A stretch of 64,000 nt of DNA, taken from an uncultured Gemmatimonadaceae bacterium (GTDB lineage: Bacteria > Gemmatimonadota > Gemmatimonadetes > Gemmatimonadales > Gemmatimonadaceae). Positions 33,174 through 42,099 of the stretch are shown piece after piece. The position numbers and the translations under genes were made by a program. Positions within the stretch are counted from its first letter, which is position 1. Every line of letters begins with the position of its first letter. The stretch spans positions 832,001-896,000 of the forward strand of contig CAVXGK010000001.1 of assembly GCA_963761305.1 (NCBI GenBank), written 5' to 3'. The notes under the pieces were generated by a model. It was not told the DNA's origin. It worked only from the letters and a program-made list of their open reading frames with translations, and did no database searches.

Positions 33174-34087
33174 AGCGTCGCGACGAAGTCACCGTCGGCA
33201 TTCTCATCACGGTTTCGGTCATCGTCCTGCTCCTGGGGACGCTCTGGCTCGTGCGTGGTGGTTTGCGGTCGGGCTATCCGCTCTACACGCGCTTTGCCTG
33301 GGGACAGAATCTCAAGCAGGGCCAGCCGGTGCTGCTGGCCGGCGTGAACGTCGGATACGTCGGCGACGTCACGCTGCGCCGCGACGGCTACCTCGACGTG
33401 ATGCTACGCATCAACGACCAGTACTCGATCCCCAAGGGCTCGAACGCGGCCGTGAAGCCCGTCGGCATCTTCGGCGACGTCGCGATCGCGCTCACGCCGC
33501 CGATTCCACTGACGGCGGCGTCGTACGCGTCGGGCGACACAGTGCCCCCGGGTCCTCCCGCGGCGGATTTCAATCAGATCCTGACCCGCATGGATACCAT
33601 CGGGCAGACGATCTCGCTGCTCACGCGCTCACTGCAGACGCAGGTGGTCGAAGCCGGCACGCTCAAGGACGTGCACAAGATCATCCTGTCGGCGGCGGCG
33701 CTCTCGGCGCAGCTGACGGACCTCGCCGCGCAGCAGAACAAGAACATCACGGCGACGCTGGAGACCTTTCGAAACACCATCGGCCACGTCGACAGTACGA
33801 TGGCCCACGTCGCCAGCGTGGTGGACACGGCCAAGATCGCGGCGACGCTCTCCAATGTTCGCACGACCAGCCAGAACCTCGCGCGGATCTCGTCGCAGCT
33901 CGACTCATCGACGACGCAGCTCCGCGTCTTCGTCGACAAGATGGAGAACGGCAACGGCACGATTCAGAAGCTGATGACCGACTCGCTGATGTACACCGAC
34001 GCCCGGCATCTGCTGCAGACGATGGATTCGCTTGTCGCCGACTTCAAGAAGAACCCGAAGAAATACATCAGCGTCAAGATCTTCTAA
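33170..34087 (+). CDS. MCE/MlaD-family protein with helical extension
   Basis: N-terminal TM, LKQGQPVLLAGVNVGYV MCE motif, GNGTIQKLMTDSLMY, NPKKYI tail. Confidence 0.88.
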   Translation: MKRRDEVTVGILITVSVIVLLLGTLWLVRGGLRSGYPLYTRFAWGQNLKQGQPVLLAGVNVGYVGDVTLRRDGYLDVMLRINDQYSIPKGSNAAVKPVGIFGDVAIALTPPIPLTAASYASGDTVPPGPPAADFNQILTRMDTIGQTISLLTRSLQTQVVEAGTLKDVHKIILSAAALSAQLTDLAAQQNKNITATLETFRNTIGHVDSTMAHVASVVDTAKIAATLSNVRTTSQNLARISSQLDSSTTQLRVFVDKMENGNGTIQKLMTDSLMYTDARHLLQTMDSLVADFKKNPKKYISVKIF

Positions 34088-35503
34088 TCAGTCTCCCGGC
34101 GACGGCGCGCGTCTCGACTCGAGCGCGGCACCGGGCGTGCGGCCCACCGTCGCATAGTAGATCGGGATGCCGAGCGCGATGACGCCGAAGATCGCCAGCG
34201 TCGGCCAGCGGCTGCTCGGGTCGATCAGCGCATTGGCGAGCAGGTAGATCGTCGCCAGCACGAACAGGATCGGCGCCACGGGATAGAGCGGCGCACGAAA
34301 CGCCGGCTTGTAGTCGGCGCGCCGCCTGAACGCGAAGATCGACGCGACGCCCAACGCGTAAAACGGCAGAATCGCCGTGACGAAGGTGTCGGCGAGTTGT
34401 TCGAACGTTCGCATCAGCACGAAGATGATGCCGAGCACCGCCGCCAGCGTGATCGCCACATAGGGCGTCTCGTAGCGCGGATGCACGGCCGCGATCTTCC
34501 GGAACAGCAGACGGTCCGCCGCCATCGCGAAGAACACGCGCGGATTCGTCAGGATCGAGCCGTTCAGCGTGCCGAGCGTCGACAGCATCACCGTGATCGA
34601 CACGAACGTCACGCCGACGGGACCGACGACCCGCAGCGCGACGTCGGCCGCGACGAGCTTCGAGTGCCGGATCTCGTCGACCGACATCACCCCGAGATAC
34701 GCGATGTTCGCCAGCAGGTACATCACGATGACGGCGCACGTGCCGAGGATGAGCGCGCGCGGCAGGTTCTTCTCCGGATTCTTCACTTCGCCCGAGATGA
34801 ACGCGAGGTCGGCCCATCCGTCATACGCCCACAGCACCGACACGAGCGCCAATCCGAAAGGTGCGATCGAGAAGCTTCCCGCGGGAGCCGGCGGCGTGAA
34901 ATGTCCTCCGGTCTTCGGAATACCAACGGCGATGGCGACGATCACGATGAACAGCAGTCCGAAATACTTCGCGATGGTCGTGATGTTCTGAAGCAGCGAG
35001 CCCCACCGCACGCCGACGTAGTTCAGCGCCGCGATGACGGCGATCGCGAGGGCCGCGACGTAGTGCACCCAGCCGTCGTACGGCGCGACGGTCGGATCGA
35101 AGCCGAGCACGCGGAGCAGGTACTCGGCGAACGTCGTGGCGATCGCGCCGAGCGCCGCGGCGCGAATGATCGCCAGCTCGGACCAGCCGAACAGAAACGC
35201 CGGCAACCGACCCCACGCGTTTCGAATGAACACGAAGATGCCGCCCGTCTCGGGAAACGACCCGGCGACCTCGGCCAGCGTGAGCGCGCCGCACAGGGCG
35301 ACCACGCCACCCGCGATCCACACGCCAAAAAGCGGAAGCGGACCAGGCAGTCGATTCGTGACGCTCGCCGGCGTGCGGAAGATTCCCGAGCCGATCGTAA
35401 TCCCGATGACGACGGCGATGGCGCTCCACAATCCGAGGCGCCGCGGGAGTTCCGCGGGCGCGCCGGCGGCGGGAGTCGAGGGGGCGGGAGGGGGGGGCGT
35501 CAT
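34088..35503 (-). CDS. APC-family amino acid permease (LAT/SteT-like)
   Basis: IGSGIF, PETGG, WAYDGW, GEVKNPEKNLPRA. Confidence 0.93.
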   Translation of the reverse strand: MTPPPPAPSTPAAGAPAELPRRLGLWSAIAVVIGITIGSGIFRTPASVTNRLPGPLPLFGVWIAGGVVALCGALTLAEVAGSFPETGGIFVFIRNAWGRLPAFLFGWSELAIIRAAALGAIATTFAEYLLRVLGFDPTVAPYDGWVHYVAALAIAVIAALNYVGVRWGSLLQNITTIAKYFGLLFIVIVAIAVGIPKTGGHFTPPAPAGSFSIAPFGLALVSVLWAYDGWADLAFISGEVKNPEKNLPRALILGTCAVIVMYLLANIAYLGVMSVDEIRHSKLVAADVALRVVGPVGVTFVSITVMLSTLGTLNGSILTNPRVFFAMAADRLLFRKIAAVHPRYETPYVAITLAAVLGIIFVLMRTFEQLADTFVTAILPFYALGVASIFAFRRRADYKPAFRAPLYPVAPILFVLATIYLLANALIDPSSRWPTLAIFGVIALGIPIYYATVGRTPGAALESRRAPSPGD

Positions 35504-35687
35504 TCCATAGGATGGTAGCGCCAGCGTGGCATCGCGGCGAGCCGAGCATGGCTAGCGGGTCCATCGGCATGACCAATGCGGTGTCAGTGGCCCCCGCCCC
35601 CACGCTGCGACACAGGTCGATTGATTCACCGGTCCACCGATTCACGTCGCGCGTGCGGTGGTAGTTCCACACGAGCTCGAGGACGAC

Positions 35688-36236
35688 ATGTACAACCGGA
35701 ACGGCAGTCTGACATCGCGAACGATCGGTCGTCGCGCGATCACATTCGCTGGAATCGTCGCGGCGTTTTTCATCGTCGCCTGCGGCGGGGGCGAAAAGAA
35801 AGCGGGAGGCGAATCGACGGCTGCGGTCCCTCCCGGCGGCGCGGGTGCGACGGCGGCGGCCGGCGGTGCGGCACCTGGCGCCGCGCCCGGTGCGCTTCCC
35901 ACGCCCGCTCCAGGCGCTCCTCCCGCGGGTGCGACGGTGGCGATGCTCGCCGAAGGCGACAGCATCTTCCACGGGATGAAGGCCGGCGGTCTCTGTCAGA
36001 CGTGCCACGGCCCCGATGCCGCGGGCACCCCGCTCGCGCCGCCGCTCGCCAACAAGCAGCAGTGGCTCACCGGCGACGGGAGCTATGACTTCATCCAGAA
36101 GCGCGTGACCACTGGAATGCCCACGCCCACGCCGCCGTATTCGAGCCCGATGTTGCCGATGGGCGGAGCGCAACTGACGGCGGATCAGATCAAATCCGTG
36201 GCCGCATACGTGTACTCGATCAGTCACAAGAGCTGA
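35688..36236 (+). CDS. Monoheme c-type cytochrome lipoprotein
   Basis: IVAC lipobox, Ala/Pro/Gly linker, CQTCH heme motif, distal MLPMGG. Confidence 0.88.
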   Translation: MYNRNGSLTSRTIGRRAITFAGIVAAFFIVACGGGEKKAGGESTAAVPPGGAGATAAAGGAAPGAAPGALPTPAPGAPPAGATVAMLAEGDSIFHGMKAGGLCQTCHGPDAAGTPLAPPLANKQQWLTGDGSYDFIQKRVTTGMPTPTPPYSSPMLPMGGAQLTADQIKSVAAYVYSISHKS

Positions 36237-36338
36237 GCAGCAAAGATCGATGTGGTGGCTGGCGCGCCGGCGCTCCAACGAGCGTGTTCGGCGCGCTAGC
36301 TTTGGGTGGTCGCAGGTTCTTCCGCCCAACTCACGCGC

Positions 36339-36617
36339 ATGGTCAATCGTTTCGTCGACGCGATCTTCTGGATCGCCGTCGCGTGTTGTCTCGTCGCGCA
36401 GGTGGCGATCGTTCGATCCTCGCTCGTTTCTCCGGCGCAGGCGCCGACCTCGGACGATGGGGGGAGAACGTCCGCCGGTCGCCGCGCGCTCGAGGTGTGC
36501 TGGGCGGTCATTCCCGGGATAGCGCTCGCGCTCCTGTTCGTCGCCACATGGCGCGCCATGCACGGCGCGTCGGCGTCGGCGTCGGCGATTCTGAATGTGA
36601 TGTCGGCGACGCGATGA
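36339..36617 (+). CDS. Small 2-TM protein resembling the cytochrome c oxidase subunit II membrane domain
   Basis: Two hydrophobic helices; LEVCWAVIP resembles the CoxII LE.IWT.IP motif; ATGA overlap with ctaA. Confidence 0.65.
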   Translation: MVNRFVDAIFWIAVACCLVAQVAIVRSSLVSPAQAPTSDDGGRTSAGRRALEVCWAVIPGIALALLFVATWRAMHGASASASAILNVMSATR

Positions 36618-37597
36618 AGACGGTGCGCCGGCTGTCGCTCGTCGCCCTGGCGACCGCGTGCCTTCACCTCGTGTTCGGCGCCATCGTACGCATCTCCGGT
36701 TCGGGGATGGGCTGCGGGAACAACTGGCCCAAATGCTACGGCTACTGGTTTCCGCCGTTCAGCCGGCCGGATCTCGTCGTCGAGGTGACGCACCGCTATC
36801 TCGCGTCGATCCTGCTCACGAGCGTCGCGCTCATGACGCTCGCCGCGTTTCGGCATCGGGAGGAACGCGGTGTCGGCGGAAGCGGCGGCGTGTTGCGTTC
36901 GTCGGGCGGTGCGCTCGGCGCCGTATTGTTCGCCGCCGCCCTGGGCGGCGTGACGGTGAAATTCGGCAACGCCCCGTGGGCGACGGTCGCCCATTGGCTC
37001 GTCGCGATGACCGTCCTCGCCATGGTCGCCACGACCGCGGTGCGCGCCGGTACACTCGGCGGCGCGAGCGCGAGTGTGCAACGCGGTACCGCAAGAGCGG
37101 CGCGCTCCGGGCGAGCGGCGGCGATCCTCGCTCTTTTCGCCGTCGCGCTCGGTGGGTTGACCGCCAAGATTCCCGGCGCGTCCGTCGCGTGCACGAGCGT
37201 CCCGCTGTGCGGCCGCAACGCCGCCGTCGACACAGCCGCCGCGGTCGTGCAGATGACGCATCGCGCGATCGCCGTGCTCCTGCTCCTGCATCTGATCGGC
37301 GTCGTCGCGATGGTGCGCCGGCACCGTGCTGACGAAGCGCCGATCGTGGTGCGCGCGGCGCATGTCGCGCTGGGCATGGTGCTGCTGCAACTCGCCGTCG
37401 CGTCGTCGATGGTGCTGCTGCACCTCCCCGCCGTGCTTCGCTCGCTGCACGAAGCGACAGGCGTCGGCATCTGGCTCAGCTGCTTCCTCCTCGCGTATCT
37501 CGCCCGTCGCACCGCACCGGCCGCCGTTCATGAACCGGCCGAGGTGCCGCGGGCGGCCGGCGCGCGCGTTCAGCCGCTCCGGGCCACCGAGTCATGA
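36614..37597 (+). CDS. ctaA: Heme A synthase (COX15/CtaA)
   Basis: GSGMGCGNNWPKC, EVTHR, AHW, MTHR, SLHEA histidine pattern. Confidence 0.88.
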   Translation: MKTVRRLSLVALATACLHLVFGAIVRISGSGMGCGNNWPKCYGYWFPPFSRPDLVVEVTHRYLASILLTSVALMTLAAFRHREERGVGGSGGVLRSSGGALGAVLFAAALGGVTVKFGNAPWATVAHWLVAMTVLAMVATTAVRAGTLGGASASVQRGTARAARSGRAAAILALFAVALGGLTAKIPGASVACTSVPLCGRNAAVDTAAAVVQMTHRAIAVLLLLHLIGVVAMVRRHRADEAPIVVRAAHVALGMVLLQLAVASSMVLLHLPAVLRSLHEATGVGIWLSCFLLAYLARRTAPAAVHEPAEVPRAAGARVQPLRATES

Positions 37598-38505
37598 CGG
37601 ACGCCGTCGCTCTCGGACAGACGCGCTCGATCTGGCGCGACCTCGTCGCGCTGACGAAGCCGCGCATCATCTCGCTGCTTCTCGTCACGACAATCGCGCC
37701 GATGTTCGTCGCGGGGCGCCCGGGGTGGACGCTCGTGCTGGCGGTCTTCGCCGGCGGCTATCTCATGGCCGGGGGCGCGAACGCGGTGAACATGTACATC
37801 GACCGTGACATCGATGATCGCATGGCGCGCACTCGACTGCGTCCGATCCCGAGCGGACGGATGCATCCGCGGCAGGTGCTGGCGTTCGGCGTGCTCCTCT
37901 CGACGGCAGCCACGTTCCTGCTCGGCTATGCGGCGAACATGTTGACCGCGGCGCTCGCGCTCGCCGGCTTCTACTTCTACGTGTTCATCTACACGCGTTG
38001 GCTCAAGCGCAGCACGCCGCAGAACATCGTCATCGGCGGGGCCGCCGGCGCGTTTCCGCCACTCGTGGGTTGGGCCGCGGTGACGAACCGAATCGACCTC
38101 CTCGCCGTCTACCTGTTTCTCATCGTGTTCTACTGGACGCCGCCGCACTTCTGGGCGCTCGCGCTCCTCAAGCAACGCGACTACGACCGCGCGCACGTCC
38201 CGATGGCGCCGCTCGTCTGGGGTGAGCGCGAGACCAAGCGCCAGATGCTCTGGTACACGCTCGTGCTCGTGCCGCTCACGCTGTTGCCGGTGGCGTTTCA
38301 CGCACTCGGCCTCGTGTATCTCGTGGCCGCGGTGATCCTCGGCGGGAAATTCGTCGCCGAAGTCGTGCGCGTGATGCGAGCGACCGAATGGAGCGCGCCG
38401 GCGTGGCGCCTCTACAAATACTCGCTGCTCTACCTCGCCTTGCTCTTCGCGGCCATGGTGGCCGACCGCTTCATTCCGCTCGGAACGTCCGCGACTTCCG
38501 TCTGA
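37594..38505 (+). CDS. ctaB: Protoheme IX farnesyltransferase (heme O synthase)
   Basis: LTKPRII, DRDIDDRMARTRLRPIPSG, NIVIGGAAGAFPP, WTPPHFWALA. Confidence 0.95.
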   Translation: MTDAVALGQTRSIWRDLVALTKPRIISLLLVTTIAPMFVAGRPGWTLVLAVFAGGYLMAGGANAVNMYIDRDIDDRMARTRLRPIPSGRMHPRQVLAFGVLLSTAATFLLGYAANMLTAALALAGFYFYVFIYTRWLKRSTPQNIVIGGAAGAFPPLVGWAAVTNRIDLLAVYLFLIVFYWTPPHFWALALLKQRDYDRAHVPMAPLVWGERETKRQMLWYTLVLVPLTLLPVAFHALGLVYLVAAVILGGKFVAEVVRVMRATEWSAPAWRLYKYSLLYLALLFAAMVADRFIPLGTSATSV

Positions 38506-39335
38506 CGCGCAGGTGTCGCCGGCGCTCCGCCGGGGCCCTCGATCGTCAGGTTTGTCGTCTGCCGAGCGGAAATCTGAACCTGCCGTTCGATCGGCTTCTC
38601 GAGATCCGGCCGCCAGATCCTGATGGTGTAGCTCCCCGCCGGAACCGAGTCGAGGGAAAATCGTCCGTGCTCGTCGGTCACGGCGAAGTACGGATGATCG
38701 AACACGGCGATCGTCGCGTGCGTCCACGGATGCAACGTGCAGGTGACGTCCACGAAGCCCACACGTTTCGTCAGACGCTCGCTCGCCACGATCTGGCCCG
38801 TGTTGAAGAACGGCATCGTGACCGTGCTGTCGACGGGCGCTCCTTTGAACACGAGCCGGTGCAACGCGGCGTCGTCGTTGTAAACGTTGATGGTCGACCC
38901 GACCGTCGTCGCGACGATGCTCGGGTCCAGACCGCAATCTTCGCTCGACAGATCGGCTCGCTTCTCCTCGGGAAGCGACTTGCCGGTCTTGAGGCCGTCG
39001 ATCCAGACGAGAGCGGCGCGCGAGCGTGGAGGCGTCGCCCTGCCCGTCTCGCACTCGTGCGTGGACTCGTCGATCGCCGGAAGCGAACCGTAGTCGACCG
39101 TGCCGACGACGGTTCCCAGTTCCGACGTCGCTGACGGCCGGTACGCCGTAGCGACGAGCTCGAATCCTTCGTGCGGATCGGACGCCACGGCGACGCGCTG
39201 TGGCTGGCCGCCTGCCGACGAGGAGTCCTTCGAGCAGGCCGCGGCGCCGAGAACCATCACGGCGGCAATCGCAAAGCGTCGTACGCAGCTTTGCCGGGAC
39301 AAGGACACCTCTGGATGAGTCGACAGATCCGGCAA
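38430..39335 (-). CDS. Lipoprotein with cupredoxin-like and carboxypeptidase-regulatory-like domains
   Basis: AAAC lipobox, CTLHPW, HPYFAVTDEHGRFSLDSVPAGSYTIRIW. Start uncertain. Confidence 0.75.
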   Translation of the reverse strand: MPDLSTHPEVSLSRQSCVRRFAIAAVMVLGAAACSKDSSSAGGQPQRVAVASDPHEGFELVATAYRPSATSELGTVVGTVDYGSLPAIDESTHECETGRATPPRSRAALVWIDGLKTGKSLPEEKRADLSSEDCGLDPSIVATTVGSTINVYNDDAALHRLVFKGAPVDSTVTMPFFNTGQIVASERLTKRVGFVDVTCTLHPWTHATIAVFDHPYFAVTDEHGRFSLDSVPAGSYTIRIWRPDLEKPIERQVQISARQTTNLTIEGPGGAPATPARQTEVADVPSGMKRSATMAAKSKAR

Positions 39336-39376
39336 GAATGCCGGACCTCAGAGGTACGACCGCAACGAGCGGACCG

Positions 39377-40555
39377 CTAGACGATCAACAGCTCGCGCTG
39401 ATAGTCGCGAGGCGTGACAACCGCCTCGCCCGGCACGACGTAGACGTTGACCTCGCTACGCATTCCGACCTTGCCGGCGATGTAAATGCCCGGCTCGATC
39501 GAGAATCCGATCCCGGGAACGAGCAGACGCTCTTCCCGCGTCTCGAGGTTGTCGAGGTGGGGGCCTGATCCGTGCAAATCTCTCGGATCGATCGAATGCC
39601 CGGTGCGGTGCGTGAAGTAGTCGCCGAAGCCGCGCGACTGGATGACGCGTCGCGCCGCGTCGTCCACCTCGGCGCCGCGCGTCGCCACGTTCGCCTTGGC
39701 GCGCTCGCGCACGAGCGCGATCGCCGCGTCGCGCGCATCGCGCACTGCATTCCAGATCTCTAGCGACTCGGCCGACGGCTTCCCAAGCGAGGCCATCCAC
39801 GTCTGGTCCGCGTAGACGCCGCCCTCTTCCTTCGCCCAGAGGTCGATGAGCAGAATCTCACCGGGACGAATGACGCGAGGTTGATCGGCCGACGGTTCAT
39901 AGTGGGGATTCGCCGCGTTCGCGCCGGCCGAGACGTTCGGGCCGTGGTCTGTGTAGAGTCCCGCACGCTTGAACTCGTCCTGAATCCAACCCATGAGCTC
40001 GTGCTCGGCGAGCGGCTCCGCACCGCGCGCACGCGTGCCCGCGAGCTCCATCGCCTTGCGAGCGATTCCGGCGATCACCTCGGCCGCGCGCTCGTGCGAC
40101 GCGATGTTCTCCACGGTCCACGAGGCGTAGAAGCGCGTGACGAGCTCCCCGGACGAGAACACGGTCGCTCCCGACGCGCGCACCATCTCGATTACGCCGG
40201 CGGGCACGCGGTCGAGATACGGCACCGCGTCGCCGGCCGAGTATTCCATCGCCACGCGCTTGCCGCCGACGTGCTTGGCGAGCAGTGCCTCGAGGCTCCG
40301 CCACGACGCGTAGACCTCTTTCTGCCATTCGCCAGGCCAGCGCCGCCACGGTCCTTGCTCGATCGCGTGCGTGAACGCGACCGGCAGTCCGCGCGCCGGC
40401 ACGAAGGCGAACGCACGCCGCGTCGTCATGCCCTCGAGGCCGACCAGCTGCGCGGCGATGGGGTTCAATCCGCGAAAATCGTAGAGCAGCCAGCCGTCGA
40501 GGTTTGCGTCGATCAGGGCGCGCTGCAATTCGAACAACGTATCTGTGGTCAGCAT
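39377..40555 (-). CDS. M24 aminopeptidase P-family protein
   Basis: ANPHY, LIDLWAK, YADQT, HRTGHSI, SIEPGIY, GMRSE. Confidence 0.93.
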   Translation of the reverse strand: MLTTDTLFELQRALIDANLDGWLLYDFRGLNPIAAQLVGLEGMTTRRAFAFVPARGLPVAFTHAIEQGPWRRWPGEWQKEVYASWRSLEALLAKHVGGKRVAMEYSAGDAVPYLDRVPAGVIEMVRASGATVFSSGELVTRFYASWTVENIASHERAAEVIAGIARKAMELAGTRARGAEPLAEHELMGWIQDEFKRAGLYTDHGPNVSAGANAANPHYEPSADQPRVIRPGEILLIDLWAKEEGGVYADQTWMASLGKPSAESLEIWNAVRDARDAAIALVRERAKANVATRGAEVDDAARRVIQSRGFGDYFTHRTGHSIDPRDLHGSGPHLDNLETREERLLVPGIGFSIEPGIYIAGKVGMRSEVNVYVVPGEAVVTPRDYQRELLIV

Positions 40556-40564
40556 CCAGGAAGT

Positions 40565-41203
40565 TTACCCCAGGCCGGCAGTTCGATCGACCGCGCGCCA
40601 GTCGGCACGCCACTCGCACGTGCCTTCTCCGCGCGCCGCACAGCGCACATGCTCCACCGCGCCGATGCTGCCGATCAGCCGTTGGAGTAATTCTCGCACC
40701 GATGCTTCGTAGTACGTGCAACCCACGCTGCCCGGCGCCGTGCCGAGCGTAATGGAACGGGGCACGTCGATCATCAAAAAGCTGCCCACCTTGCGCACGT
40801 TGCCGCCGAGGTACCGCGCGGCGATTTTCTTGGCGTAGCGAAAGGCCAGGGGCCGCGCGACGGCCGCCGGCAGGAGCCGCATCAACTGGCGGTTGATGGG
40901 CGAGATGGTCTGATACGATTGCCGCGCAGTGTAGCGGCCCGCGGCGCGAAACACCGCTTCGGCGTCCGGGCGGCGACCGATCAGCTTGGCGAGCCCGATA
41001 ACCTCATCGGAACCGGTGCGCTGACCTTTTCGCACCGCCTCGCTGTGTCGCTTGATCTGGGTGTAGACGGTGTCGCTCAGCCCGAACCGCTTGTTGCGAA
41101 GCTCGTCGACGTACTCGGTGTCGAGTTGATCGATCGGCGTGTCGACGTTCCGGACCGCTTCTAAAAGACTCAACGGAAACAGAGCATCAACAGTGGCGAG
41201 CAT
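40565..41203 (-). CDS. Hypothetical protein with V4R-like C-terminus
   Basis: CTYY...VEHVRCAARGEGTCEW cysteine pattern; typical codon usage. Confidence 0.7.
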   Translation of the reverse strand: MLATVDALFPLSLLEAVRNVDTPIDQLDTEYVDELRNKRFGLSDTVYTQIKRHSEAVRKGQRTGSDEVIGLAKLIGRRPDAEAVFRAAGRYTARQSYQTISPINRQLMRLLPAAVARPLAFRYAKKIAARYLGGNVRKVGSFLMIDVPRSITLGTAPGSVGCTYYEASVRELLQRLIGSIGAVEHVRCAARGEGTCEWRADWRAVDRTAGLG

Positions 41204-41286
41204 GAGCCTCGATGTAAGTCGGGAACCGGCGGGCGGTTGAAAAGCGAAGCTAGCCGCGCGTCCTTGCCCCTTCAAGACGCACGCTG

Positions 41287-42099
41287 ATGGGCGCGCGCGC
41301 GGCAATCGGCTTGCTCATCGCGGCGATCATCGCCACGCTTGCGCGACGCACCCGATCGCTGTCGAGAAGCGGCGCCGTTGCCGCGACGGGGCTCGGCGCG
41401 CTCGCGACCGCGGCGGGCTATCCATGGGCGATCCTCCTCGTCGTCTACTTCGCGTCATCGAGCGCGCTGTCGCGGCTCGGCTCGACCGAGAAGGAGCGCC
41501 TGACCGGAGGCATCGTCGCCAAGGGCGGCCAGCGCGACGCACGGCAGGTGTTGGCCAACGGCGGGGTCTTTGCCGTCGCCGCACTCGGCATGCTCCTCCA
41601 GCCCGGGCCTTGGTGGACGTCGCTCGCCGCGGGTTCGCTTGCCGCGAGCGCCGCCGACACCTGGGCCACGGAGATCGGAACGCGCTTTGGCGGCGTCCCA
41701 CGATCGATTTTATCGGGAAAACCGGTCCCGGTGGGAACGTCCGGCGGGGTCACGGTGATTGGAAGCCTGGGTGCGCTCGCCGGAGCCGTATTCGTGGCGG
41801 GCGTGTCCCTGGCGATCGGGTGGACGCGTCTCGCCGCACTGTCGGCCCTGGCCGGCGGCATCGTCGGCGGGCTTGCCGATTCGCTGCTCGGTGCGACGCT
41901 GCAGGTCCGGCGGTGGTGCGACGCGTGCAGTCTCGCCACGGAGCGACCGAGACACGATTGTGGAGCGGAGACTCGCGTGACGGGCGGAATCGTGGGATTC
42001 GACAACGACATGGTGAATCTGTTCAGCGTGATCGCCGGCGGTGCGTCGGCAACGGGACTCTTCGCGGCGCTCGTTTCGGGATCGACGGCTCTTCGATGA
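41287..42099 (+). CDS. DUF92 (TMEM19/VTE6-like) membrane protein
   Basis: GGQRDARQVLANGG, ADTWATEIG, VPVGTSGGVT, DSLLGATLQ, DNDMVN. Confidence 0.92.
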   Translation: MGARAAIGLLIAAIIATLARRTRSLSRSGAVAATGLGALATAAGYPWAILLVVYFASSSALSRLGSTEKERLTGGIVAKGGQRDARQVLANGGVFAVAALGMLLQPGPWWTSLAAGSLAASAADTWATEIGTRFGGVPRSILSGKPVPVGTSGGVTVIGSLGALAGAVFVAGVSLAIGWTRLAALSALAGGIVGGLADSLLGATLQVRRWCDACSLATERPRHDCGAETRVTGGIVGFDNDMVNLFSVIAGGASATGLFAALVSGSTALR

